From Octopus vulgaris (Eukaryota): a DNA stretch of 64,000 nt. The DNA lies in the NCBI GenBank assembly GCA_951406725.2, contig OX597815.1, positions 73,470,001-73,534,000 on the forward strand, read 5' to 3'. The notes beneath the pieces are model-generated. The model was not told where the DNA came from and did no database searches. It saw only the letters and a list, made by a program, of their open reading frames with translations. The position numbers and the translations under genes are program-made. This document shows, in pieces, positions 29,221 through 42,091 of the stretch. Numbering within the stretch: position 1 is the stretch's first letter; every line of letters begins with the position of its first letter.

Positions 29221-32200
29221 ATAGATAGATATAGATATATATACGACAGGCTTCATTCAGTTTTCATCTACCAATCCACTCACAAGACTTCGGTCAGCCT
29301 GAGACTATAGTAGAAAACACTTGCTCAAGGTGCCATGCAGTGGGACTGAATCCAGAACAATGTGGTTGGGAAGCAAACTTCTTACCACACAGCTATGCCT
29401 GCACCTATGTTTATTTTTTTCTTTGTTTGTTTTTGTTATTTTTCTTCCTACCATCATCTTACATGCACTTATCTCTGCTAGTATGGGTGGGTGGAAGAAT
29501 TTCATTGGAGGATTTTATTTTTGCAGCTCATTTGTTTAGTTTTATAGTCAGTATTCCATACTAGCATAGCTAAGACAAAACTTCATCATTATCATCATCA
29601 TCATCAACATTTATCGTTCATGTTCCATGCTAGTATGGGTTGAATGGTTTTGATAGGATCCAATATGTCCAAGGACTGCATTGTGCTCCAGCATCTGTTT
29701 TGGCATGGTTTCTATGACTGGATGCCCTTCCTAACACCAACCACTTTACAGTGTGGGCTGGATGCTTTTTAAATGCTCCTTGCACTGTTGAAGTGCCTGT
29801 GCAGCTTGCAGAACTACAAACCTGAAAGTGGGGGTGGGTCAGCTTCATGGCATGGGATGAAGGGATTAAACAATGAGAAGGGGAGTGCAGCAGTGGAGGT
29901 TCCTTTTAGGGGACCTGCATGGCTTCTCAAATTTAGTAGGAGAAAAGGAGAGAAAGAGAGAATGAACAGTAGTTGCAAGACATTGATAATGGCAATAAGG
30001 TGCCCCACCCCACAAGGTTGAGTTAAAGAATCAGCTCACAAGGTCGTATGGGAAGGAGAATGTGGGGATGGGGAAGCAGACAGCCAAAATGGGAAGGGTA
30101 GCAGGGTAGATGAGCAAATGCTCTTCCTATTTTTGTTGCCAACTGTTAGTAGCTTTTTGAGTAAGTTAAAAAAGGTGAGCTTTTTTTTAATTATTAATTT
30201 CAATTTATTAATTTATTTTTGCATTCTAATAGTCCTCATGCATCTAAAGCTGAAATTATGGAACACTTGTTTTGCTTACCAGAAACAGCAAACAACAACA
30301 CTGTTTTGGGGTTTTTTATTTATTTTTTTTTTTTGTGCTCAGATGGTGTTAATAAATACATGCGGAAAATGACACACGTGCATACAGACACACATCATTA
30401 TCAACATCATCATTGTTTTAATGATGACTTTTCCATGCATCCAAGGATCAGACAAAATTTGTTGAAGCAGATTTTCTATGGCTGGATACTTTTCCTGTCG
30501 CCGATCATCACCTGTTTCTAAGTAAGGTAATATTTCTCCTAATTCAGATATGCTTCCATGAAAAATTGCACAAAAACAACACATATTGTATGATGATTGT
30601 GTTTGTATACTTAGAAAGGGTAAAGATCCCCTTTGGTCATGAATAACCATGGGATTGCACCTGGAAAGTTCCCCTCCAAGGCACAAGTTCAGGCAAGGTT
30701 GTTTATGGAAGACCAGCAGTTGGCCATGCATACAAGCCCCACCTCTCCATGCCACCAATGTTATCCAAGGGGAAGGCAAATGCCAAAACAGCTTGGCATC
30801 AGTGACATCGAACTCCTTCCTACAGCTGAGTGAACTGGAGCAACATGAAATAAAGTGTTTTGCACAAGAACACAACACACAGTCTGGTCCAAGAATCAAA
30901 CTCACTACCTCATGTTTGTGAGCCCGACACTCTAACACTGAGCCATGCAAGAAAATAAGAACACAAACACATGTATATATACATGTATAATATTTGACCT
31001 TTTTACATATTGTTTTTTCCATGTTTTTTCAATTAAAGAATCCCTTATTCCACATGTCTCCAAAGGCACCAAACCAGCAAACAATTTGTTGACAGTGGTA
31101 ATGACAACAAACATCACCACTTGTAGCTCAGCTATTTTCAGTAGAAGACACTTGCCTAAGGTGCAGCGTGGTGGAAGCAAATCTAGAACCACATAGTCAT
31201 GAAGCAGACAACTTTCTAACTACACAGCCATACCTGCAGTCAGTCAAGTAAACTGGACCAAGCAGGATCATGTGTTAGATGTCTTGCTTATGAGACAACG
31301 CAATGCTTCTATTAATAAAAATTTGAACTCAGGACTACATGGCCTGTAGATGAGCATCTTAGCTTCACAAACATTGCCTCATGATCTCTTACATAACTCT
31401 TTTTACTTCTCTCCTTTTCTTCTTTTGCTATGTGCAACTGAAGCAGTATTGGTTTGAAATAGCAATCACTGTATCATATTTAATGCAGATACATCATTAG
31501 TTGTAGTATTCATTCTGAGATAATATCTCTTATAGACATACATTGTTAAAAGAAACACAAAAATATATCAGTAGTAGATGAAGATTATTCAGTTGCAGTG
31601 GTGATAATTCTAATTGCACATTACTGTCTTCTTGGGATTCCTCAGTATCAAGCAGCTACTGGCAACTGCATGTTAAAACAAAATCCATTGTCACTGATGT
31701 TGCAATTAGCTAGCCAGCTGAATAAAAATTCATTATGTGCAACAGAAATATTAATAAAAATAGTAATATGTGTACATAATGGAAAGCCAAATCAACTGTG
31801 GTAATCATCTGGAGATAATATCTCTTCAATCAGTTTTCCTGTATCAATGATGATGGATTTTGTCTTAGCCTGTGGTTGCCAATGATGAAGTTCAAAAAGA
31901 TAGAAATGAGTAACTACCATTCTCACCACCACTGTTGAACATCTTTCAACTGCTACTGATATTCTTTTTTGTCATTTAATACTGTATAACAATAAAAGTT
32001 ACTTTCTCCAGACAAATACTGCATTTAATTTGGCTTTTCATGATGCATCTGAATTGAATTAGATACAGAAATTGCTATATTACGCTTCTTGTTTTCAATA
32101 ATTAAGCTAACTACTCAGTGAGCTGGCAGAATTGGTAGCATGCCAGGTGAAATGCTTAGTGGCATTCAGTTCATCTTCACATTCTGAGTTCAAATTCCAC

Positions 32201-33124
32201 TGAGGTTGACTTTACCATTCATCCATTTTGGGGTTGATAAAATAAGTACCAGTTGAGCACTAGGGTCAATGTAATTGACTTACCAACACCTCTAAAATTG
32301 CTGGCCTTGTGTCAAGATTTGAAATCAATAATTAAGCTAACTTCCACTTCCAACCAAAAAAAGTATATTTTCAACTTGAAGTGTATTAATTCTTTCTTAG
32401 TTTAAACCAATTACCTGCGAGAAAAAACAGACTAACAGCTTTCTTAAGAAAGCTCATAATGAGTGCAATAACATCAGGTTTTGTCTGACAGATATTATAT
32501 TTTTCAGAGATCACAGGCTCTACATCACTCATTGAAGCAAGGATGCACATTGAGTGAGCCACAGTTTATAATTAATCTGATTGTTGTTCAATGTCATACC
32601 TTTCAAAAAAAAAAAAAAAAGAAAACAGGTTTACATTAACATCTATAATGCCATAGGAATATTTATATCACTGAGCGGTTTCATGTCAGTTGAAAGTTAG
32701 CTCCAAGCTGGAGTCTTCAATACTGATTCTGTGAAATGTTTTTACAACACTTCAGTCCATTACAAACAACACTGAGAGACAAGACAGAATATCATTATGC
32801 CTCAACTACAAACCTGACAATAAACTTTTCCCTTTGAACTCTTATGATTATATCAGTCTTCTTCTTCTTGTTCTTCTTTTTCCCAACCAACACAAAATTA
32901 TGAGTTAAAAGTTAAGAGATTGCCTTTATCTTCTTTAGAAGAAGATGCAATAACATGTGCCAACGAGTCTAATATATAAACCACCTGTTTTGTAAGATAT
33001 ACTTAGCCATTTCAAACTCTATCTTATCAATTACTATAACAGTGCTGAAATATTAAGACATACCTATTGATATTTTATTATGACACACATACACACACAC
33101 ACACACATATGTATATATATGCAC

Positions 33125-33173
<49 letters not shown>

Positions 33174-33284
33174 TACACATATATATATAGATACATACAT
33201 ATATATATATACACATATGTATATACATATATATACATATAAATACATATGTATATACATATATACACAAACACACACACATAA

Positions 33285-33331
<47 letters not shown>

Positions 33332-33718
33332 AACACAAACACACACACATGTGTATGTATGTATGTATGTATGTATGTATGTATGTATGTATGTATGTAT
33401 GTATGTGTGTGTATGTATATATATATATATAGTCTCAAAGAAAAAGAAGAGACTCACTTTCTGGTCACATTCATTTTTCTTCATCTGATACATATTTTCC
33501 ATTTCTTTCTTCAACTCTTCAATCTGTTTATCTTTGCTCTCTTTTGTTTTTTCTATTTCCAGTTTCAGTGATTTCACTAAAAAGAACAACAAAAACAAAA
33601 CAAAAACAATAATAAATAAATAAAAGAAATCAATGAAAGATAATAATACTTCATTTAGTTGAAGATAACAAGAGAATATTTTTAATGCTCTCTCTCTCTC
33701 TTTCTCTTTATCTTTCTA

Positions 33719-33757
<39 letters not shown>

Positions 33758-36700
33758 TACATGCACACATATACACAAAAATATACAAATATATATATAT
33801 ATATATATATTGATATGTGTGTCGCAGCAGCAATATTATTATCATTACTATCATTATAATTATTAGTATTATTGGTGGTGATGGTAGTAGTAGTATTTCA
33901 TGGTTGCATTTTATAACACAAGATGTTAGAAACATTTACATATAGCTGTCCCCACTCCTTCCACACACACACTGCAACATCAGTGACAGAAGGTGCTACG
34001 TTAGTCAAATTTATGTTTTACAAGGTGTCATTTCACATCCACTTGTAGTTTTTATAGTAGCAATATACTTACATATTTATGTACGTACGTATATTATACA
34101 TAGTATTATCAACTGTATAGTGGGAAACTTAACAAAATGTACCAATACTTCAATAATCTCTGTATGGCAGCAAATGATATAAAGTTATTGGTGTTGTCGT
34201 CGAACACTTTGCCCACCATGAGAAATGGCTCTCCATACTCTATTCTTAATAACTGGCACTCTGTTGTTTATGACAACAAGAGTTCCAGTTGATCCAATCA
34301 ATGGAACAGCCGTTTGTGAAATTAACATGCAAGTGGCTGAGCACTTCACAGAAACATGTACCCTTAACGTAGTTCTCAGGGAGATTCAGCATAACACAGA
34401 ATGTGATAAGGCTGGTCATTTTTGCTAGATGAATGAACTGAAACAACATGAAATAAAGTGTCTTGCTCAAGGACACCATGCTACTGAGAACTGAACTCAT
34501 GACCTTGCGATCATGAACCAAATACCTTAACCACTAAGCCATGTGCCTTCACTCTATTCTTAATATACCATGGGAGTTACTAGTGTCTCTCAATGGTGAT
34601 GTTTTTATATGGATCCTCACATTTGTGGTTCAAATTACATTATTTGAATCTTAGAACTGCCAGCACTGAGACCATCAGATCACATGATTTCGACCTTTCT
34701 TGGTCTTGTCAATGATGGACATGCAACCACTAGAGATAGCAGTGATTCATCTCCCTGCCAGCAATATATAGAATGACAGTCCTGGAACAGACACTGGTGT
34801 CATGATTAGCCAGTGGGCTTGTTAAAAATATTTATTAATGACAGAGGTAGAATTAATATCAAGAGGTAATATTTATCCCCACTTAATTGTGGATGTCCTG
34901 TCAGAACAAACTATAACAATATAAACAAAGTGTACAGAACATGTCCTCCCTTGTATTTCTCAAAAGGTTTTCAATTTGAATCAAAAGAAGCTGAGATAGG
35001 ACCTGGTAAGAAGGTTGCAAGTCACCCTATCTGTAATCAGGGTGCTGTCCTCCATAAAATAAATTGTGAAAAAGAAACCATTAAGGCTTATATTAGTGTT
35101 TCCCAACAAGGATCTTTATTTTCCTTGGGGGTCCATACGCGATTTTGTGGTTAAAATTTATCAGCAATAAATTGGTTATACTTCTATAATATACAAAATA
35201 TTTTTAACAATTTTTTAAATATAATTCCTAATGATATTTATTCATAAAAAGTTCATTCTGATGGGTGGTTGGTGTTAAGAAGAGCATCCAGCTATAAAAA
35301 CCATGCCAAAACATACACAGAAGTCTGGTGCTGTCTTCTGTCTGGCCAGCTCCTGTCAAACCATCCAACCCATGCCAGCATGGAAGGTGGACATTAAATG
35401 ACGATAATAATGATGATAATATGTTTTTTTAAACATCAATTGGCTTGGAAGGTCATTTGAATAAAATAGGAATCAAAACATTGCATAGGCAAAAAAATGG
35501 TTGAGAAACACTGGCTTATATAATTTGAGATGAGATATAACCTGGAGAAAAAAAATTATAAATAAATGAAAATAAAAATCCATAAATGGAGGTATAATGA
35601 ACATTTTAACACATTTTATTATGTATGTCACCACTGACTTCTGCAGGGTAGAATGAATATATTTATTAGCAAAAGAGAGACAGTATTAATGCCAAGAGGT
35701 AATAATTATCCCCACTTAAATGGGAATGTTTTGTAAGAACAAACTATACTCTCATATCAGCTTTTTGGTGCAAATTATACTGTTTATATTGTTGGCAGAG
35801 AGATAAATCTTTGCCACCACCAGCACTGGGACCATCAGATCACATGATTTCGACCTTTCTTGGTCTTGTCAATGATGGACATGCAACCACTAGAGATAGC
35901 AGTGATTCATCTCCCTGCCAGCAATATATAGAATGACAGTCCCGGAACAGATGCTGGTGTCCTGATTAGCCAGTGGGCTTGTTAAAAATATTTATTAATG
36001 ACAGAGGTAGAATTAATATCAAGAGGTAATATTTATCCCCACTTAAATGTGGATGTCCTGTCAGAACAAACTAATAACTGTAAACATGAGTGCATTTTAT
36101 ATATAAACATGAGTGCATTTTATATAAAAAAGCCAGTATGAGAGTTTCTCTCATGGTACCTACCACAGTATAGTTTGTTCTAACAGACGTTTAATATTAT
36201 CTCTCAGAATGAATATAATATTTGTTCTGTATTGTGGGAGTTCACCAGTGATATCCATTTTATAAATATGAGTAACTAGAACACTTAACCTTAGGTCAGC
36301 CTTGATTAATCTGGCCTATGATCAAAGACATGCCAGCCATGACCATCCATTTCTCAGACACAGTTCTCATCCGTTTCTTAGACACAGTTCACCTAGAAAG
36401 GGTAAAAACCCTCTTTGGTCATGAATGACTATGGGATTGCACCTAGAAAGTTCCCCTCCAAAATACTAGTCCAGGCAAGGTTGTTTATGGAAGTTTCCCA
36501 TGCATACCAGCCTCCGCTCTTCACACCAGTGATGTTATCCAAGGGAAAGACAAAGGCCAATACAGCTTGACACCAGTGATGTTGCAACTCATTGCTGCAG
36601 CTGAGTGAACTGGAATGTGAAATACAGAGTTTTTTTTACTCAAGAACACAAAAGCCCAGTCTGGAAATCCAACTCATTACCTCATGATTGTGATCCTGAT

Positions 36701-39700
36701 GCTCTAAGCACTGAGCCATGTGCCTTCACAGTTCACTTAGAAACACATTATCCACTGTATCTAAATTTGGCTGTCCTTTTGAATTTAATACCTCTGCCAC
36801 TCATGGACATGCTTACAAAATCCAAAAAACAGTACAGCATTTATGAATTCCAGAAACGTTTTTTTCATGTGCAGAATTATTGAAGTATGGAATAAACTAC
36901 TTTTCAAAAATTCCATGCTCCCTGAAATTCACAAAAACTACTGCCTATGCACCCCTCCTATTTTATAGCCTTTTACTTCCCATTTTCTGTTTTTATTGTA
37001 TCTACTGTGCATATACTTCTAGCTTTCATTACCAACTTTCTTTATTTGCTTTATTTGACTTGCATACCTGCTTTCTATCCTCTCCCTTAATCCTTTTTTG
37101 ACAAGTTGTAGTGTACCTGAGTACTATATGCAATAATGGACTCCCCTGCCAAAGACGGTGTATGAGTGTTTAATTTTTGCTGAATGACATGCATAAATGA
37201 TTTGTTTATAGTGATCGAATGTATGTGCCACACATTAGTTCACTCTCTCCATCAAATTGATGTTGTCTGAACAGGTGCACTTGTGTCCCACACATCAGGT
37301 GTTAAAGTGATCGTAGAGCAACATGAGATGAAGTGTTTTGCTCAAGAACACAATGAACCACCTAGTCAGGGAATTGAAACCATGATCTCGTGACTGTGAG
37401 TGCAACACCCTAACCACTACACCATGCATCCTCATAATACTATATACTATATGCTCATTATTAATATCATCTTTTTTTTTTCAAGATGTGAGGGTATAGG
37501 ATTTGGTTGCTGTTTGTAGCAAGTCAGGTGACTTCACAGAAACACCTCACTGACTCCAGTGATACAAAGTCAAATCATGTGCTGTTGAATAGTGAAGGGG
37601 ACAAATCCAGACAATTAAATGACACTGACAAACAAGATGGTTTATTATTCAGATCCAAACAATTAAATGACACTGACAAACAAGATGGCTTATTGTTCAG
37701 AGTTGATTAATTTTTCTATAATTCTCCCAAGTAACAATAAAATTAATCTTTATCTTCTTTTTTTTTTTTTATCTTTCACTTTTTTCAGTCAGTGGATTGT
37801 GACTATGCTGGGGAACCACCTCTGAAGGAGTTTAGTCAAATTAAATTGACCCCAATGCTTAGCTTTTAAAGTCTGGTATGCAAACCAGCACTGGTTGTCA
37901 AGTAGTGAGAGGATAAACATAAACTCACACACACAAATATATGGCAGGCTTCTTTCAGTTTCCATCCACCAAATTCACTCACAAAGCTTTGGTCAGCTCA
38001 GGGCTTTAGCAGAAGACATTTGCCCAAGGTGTCACACAGTGGGACTGAACCCAGAACCATGCGGTTGAGAAGCAAACTTCTTACCACTCAGCGACATACA
38101 AACACACACACGCACATATGTGGTAGTGTACGTGTGTGTGTGTATGCAAGTGTGAGTATGTATATGTTTGTTTTTCTTTGTTTTTACATCATGTAATAGA
38201 GTTGTAAATGATTGTCACTGTCATACAAGCAGAGTCGTTCATTTCTAATATTCTGCAAATATAGGGCAGCAAGCTGGCAAAATCGTTAGCATGCCGGGCA
38301 AAATGCTTAGCAGTATTTCGTCTGCCCTTATGTTCTGAGTTCAAATTCTGCTGAGGTCGACTTTGCCTTTCATCTTTTCAGAGTCAGTTAAATAAGTACC
38401 AGTTACACACTGGGGTTGATGTAATTGACTTAATCCCTTTGTCTCTCCTTGTTTGTCCTTTCTATGTTTAGCCCCCTGTGGGCAATGAAGAAATATTCTG
38501 AAAAAACATGTCTGGCCATGGGGAAAATATTATTTTGCATGGAAACAGATGAGGGTAGGTGAAAGGAAGGGCATGTGGCTGTTGAAAATCTACCTCAATT
38601 AATTTGATCCATCCAACCCATGCAAACATGGTAAAGTAGATGTTAACCCTTTAGCATTTACATTACTCTCTAAAACATTAATGTCATGTAAACAAACCCG
38701 TGTCGGTGGCACATAAAAAGCACCCAGCACACTCTGTAAAGTGGTTGGCATTAGGAAGGACATCCAGTTGTACACACCATGCCAAAACAGACAACTGGAG
38801 TCTGGACAGCTCTCCAGCTGGCCAATTCCTGTCAAACCCGCCAACCCATGCCAGCATGGAAAACAGATGTTAAATGATGAGGAAGATGATGATGAAAGAT
38901 AATTTATTCCTATTGCTTTGAATTAATCATGTATTTTCTTGTAGATTTGAGATCTCAATTATTTGATTGTTTATTTTTAGAATTACATTGTATGGTAGGC
39001 ATGAGAGGTTGGATCTAACCTGTTTGAACATCAAACTGGTAAAATAATATTTCAGCCAAATATGGCTAGTTTAAATCCTAAAGGGGTTACAATAATAATG
39101 ATGACGATTCTCTACATATACTCACCTTCATTTTCTAATTTAAATAAAATTTCTTCAAGCTCACTTCTTTTTTCATTGAAATTTGTTTTCAGTTCTTCAA
39201 TTTCTGCATTTTTACGATCCAAGATCTGTAAAATTGAAAAAAAGCACAGCACAAGTTCACAAAGTAAAATATTGGGTCATCCCATAAATAATGCAGTTTT
39301 TTATACTTCTTTTAGTTTTCAAAATTAAGATAAACAAAGTTCTTTTTTAATCTAAAATATACTCTCCTTCATTTCCAACAGTACTGTTCTACTATTTAGT
39401 GACTTGCAAGGCCCCTCTTGCAAAATTCACTTGTCTGTGACGAAAAATACTCCTCCACTATTTTTCTAACCGCGTCTATAGAATTCATATTTTTTCTGTC
39501 TAAATGATTTTGAAGACTGTGGAACAAATGATAATCAGATGGGACAATTTCTGGCCAATATGGTGGGGGGGGGAGGACATTGTTTCCCACTCCAACTGTT
39601 CCAGCTTTTGGAATGTTATCCTTGCTGTATGTGGCTAAGCATAATCCACATAGAAGAATACCTTTTGTCTTGAGTCCGAAGATGGTCATTTTCCTTCTAG

Positions 39701-42058
39701 TGCTGACTTAAGCTGCTCAAGTTGCTCACAGTAGATCTCCTTTGTTATTGTTTGGGTTGGGTTTAAAAGTTCAAAGTGGACAAAACCTTTCATATCCCAC
39801 TAAACAGATAACAACACCTTATGGGGTGAAGACCTTTTGTAGCCTGGGGTGTTGGTGTTTCTCATTTCCTTACCCACTGTCTTCAGAGCTTGACAGTTTT
39901 ATAGAGAACCTATTTCTTGTCACCAGTTACTGTTCGGCTCAAAAACAGTTCATTCGTGAGACATGACAGCAAAGAACAGAACACATTCACTCTCTGCATG
40001 CGATTAAACTTGGAAAGTTTGTGAGGAGCCCATTGGTCTAATTTGCTGATGTTTCCAATAGCACTCAAGTGTTGATGGTGCTTGAATGACCAAATTCAAG
40101 CTTCTCTGTTAGTTTCTCAACAGTTAGGATGGGATTTTGTTCCACCAGAATTTGCAGGACATTCTTGTCAAGCTCTACAGATCTTCCAAGAGAAGGCTCA
40201 TCTTCTAGGCTGTAGTTTGTGGCTCAGAATTTCTGGAACCACTGTTGACACTGGTTTATGCTTATTGTCCGATCCCCATATACTGCATTAATATTCCTCA
40301 CACTTTCCATTGCATTGTTGCCTTTATTGAACTCATAAAGCAAAATATGCTGAATATGCTCTTTTGCCACTTACATTATAGCTTTGAAAATATAACTGTT
40401 AAAATCTAACTGTATTCCTCAAACTTGCACTAAGAATAAGGACAAGGTAAAATTACTACCTGCTTTTATAGCATGGTGATGCAGGTAGTTTATCCCGTTC
40501 TCCTCTAACTTTTAGTTCATGCAATATTTATGGGATGATCCAATACTTCTAAACTTAGATGATGTGACACCAATGTTGGGAGTATTGTGTTTCTGAGATG
40601 CTTCAATGATTTATCTTCATCTCCTTCACCACTTAAGCTAATATCATTAAGTTATAGTATAAAAATCCTTCAACTCATTAGTTGTCATAATAAGCCAATT
40701 AGACAATTCTTTCTGTCAAACACAGAAGCAAATTATTTGTCTACAAAATATTTGAGAGATTGATAACAGTTCACAACAATCAAAACACCTGATGTGTTGC
40801 CATTCGATGATTGTTTCAAAATTTTGTTATCACTCTTGTCACTAAATCAAAGATGATCTGATGCTTTAGTTTCTACCAAATAATTCATCATAGTCACTGC
40901 CACTGTCCCCATCATCAATTCAATGTTGACTTCTCTATGCTTTCATGGGTCAGACTGGATTTGTTGAATCAGATTTTTGCTTTGGTTGGATGCTCTTTCC
41001 GTCACCAACCCTCATCTGATTTCAAGTTCAAGGTAATACTTCCCCGTGGTTTACCACATTTTCATGATGGATTGCAAACAAACAACACACTTGTATGACA
41101 GTGATGTTTGTTTACAATCATCACATTATGTCAAAACAAAGAGACAGACACATACACACATATTTTATTATTATCATCATCATTATTATTTAGGCAAAAT
41201 GCTTGGCAGCATTTCATCCACTTTGATGCTCTGAGTTCAAGTTTCACCAAGGTTGACTTTACCTTTCATCCTTTCGGTGTCGATAAATTAAGTACCAGTG
41301 AAACACAGAGGTAGATGTAATCGGCTAGGCCCCTCCTTCAAAATTTCAGGCCTTGTGCCTTTAGTAGAAAGGATTATTAATAGTAGTAGTATTATTATTA
41401 TTAATAAGGTGGCAAATCTAGCAGAATCATTACTGTGCATAGCGGCATTTTTTTCGACTTCGTGTTTTGAGTTGAAATGCCACTGGGGTCCACTTTGCCT
41501 TTTCTTTTTTTGGGGTTGTTAAAATAAGTGCAGTTGAGCACTGGACTAAATGTAATCAACTAAACTCCTCCCCTGAACTTGCTGGTTTTGTGCCAAATCA
41601 TTGTGGAGAGCTGGCAGAATCATTAGCATGCTGGGTGAAATGCTTAGCAGTATTTTGTCTGTCTTCACGTTCTGAGTTCAAATGCAGCCAGGGTCGACTT
41701 TGCCATTCATCCTTTTGGGGTTAATAAATTAAGCACTGGGGTTGATGTAATTATCTAATCTCCTCCCCACCCCCAATTTCAGACCTTGTGCCTATAGTAG
41801 AAAGGATTATTATTATTATTATTACTAATATTATTAAGGTGGCAAGCTGGTAAAATCATTAGCACACTGGACGAAATGCTCAGCAGTATTTCACTCGTTG
41901 CTCCAATCTGAGTTCAAATCCCTCCGAGATTGACTTTGCTTTTCTTTCTTTTGGGGTAAATAAATTAAGTACCAGTTGAATACTGGGGTTGATGTAATTG
42001 ATTCATCCCTTTCCTCAAAATTGCTGCCCTTGTGACAAAATTTGAAACCATCATCATC

Positions 42059-42091
<33 letters not shown>

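Larger units (their letters stand above)
34660..36073. repeat. Pair of 254-bp direct repeats (34660-34913, 35820-36073), each carrying a hammerhead motif; retrozyme-like or Penelope pLTR-like
   Basis: By-eye alignment shows 6 substitutions in 254 bp, none inside the 47-nt ribozyme motif. Confidence 0.85.

Noticed and set aside
37603-37700. 48-bp tandem duplication (also a 24-bp duplication near 36081-36127)
   Set aside because: Ordinary local slippage with no sign of function.
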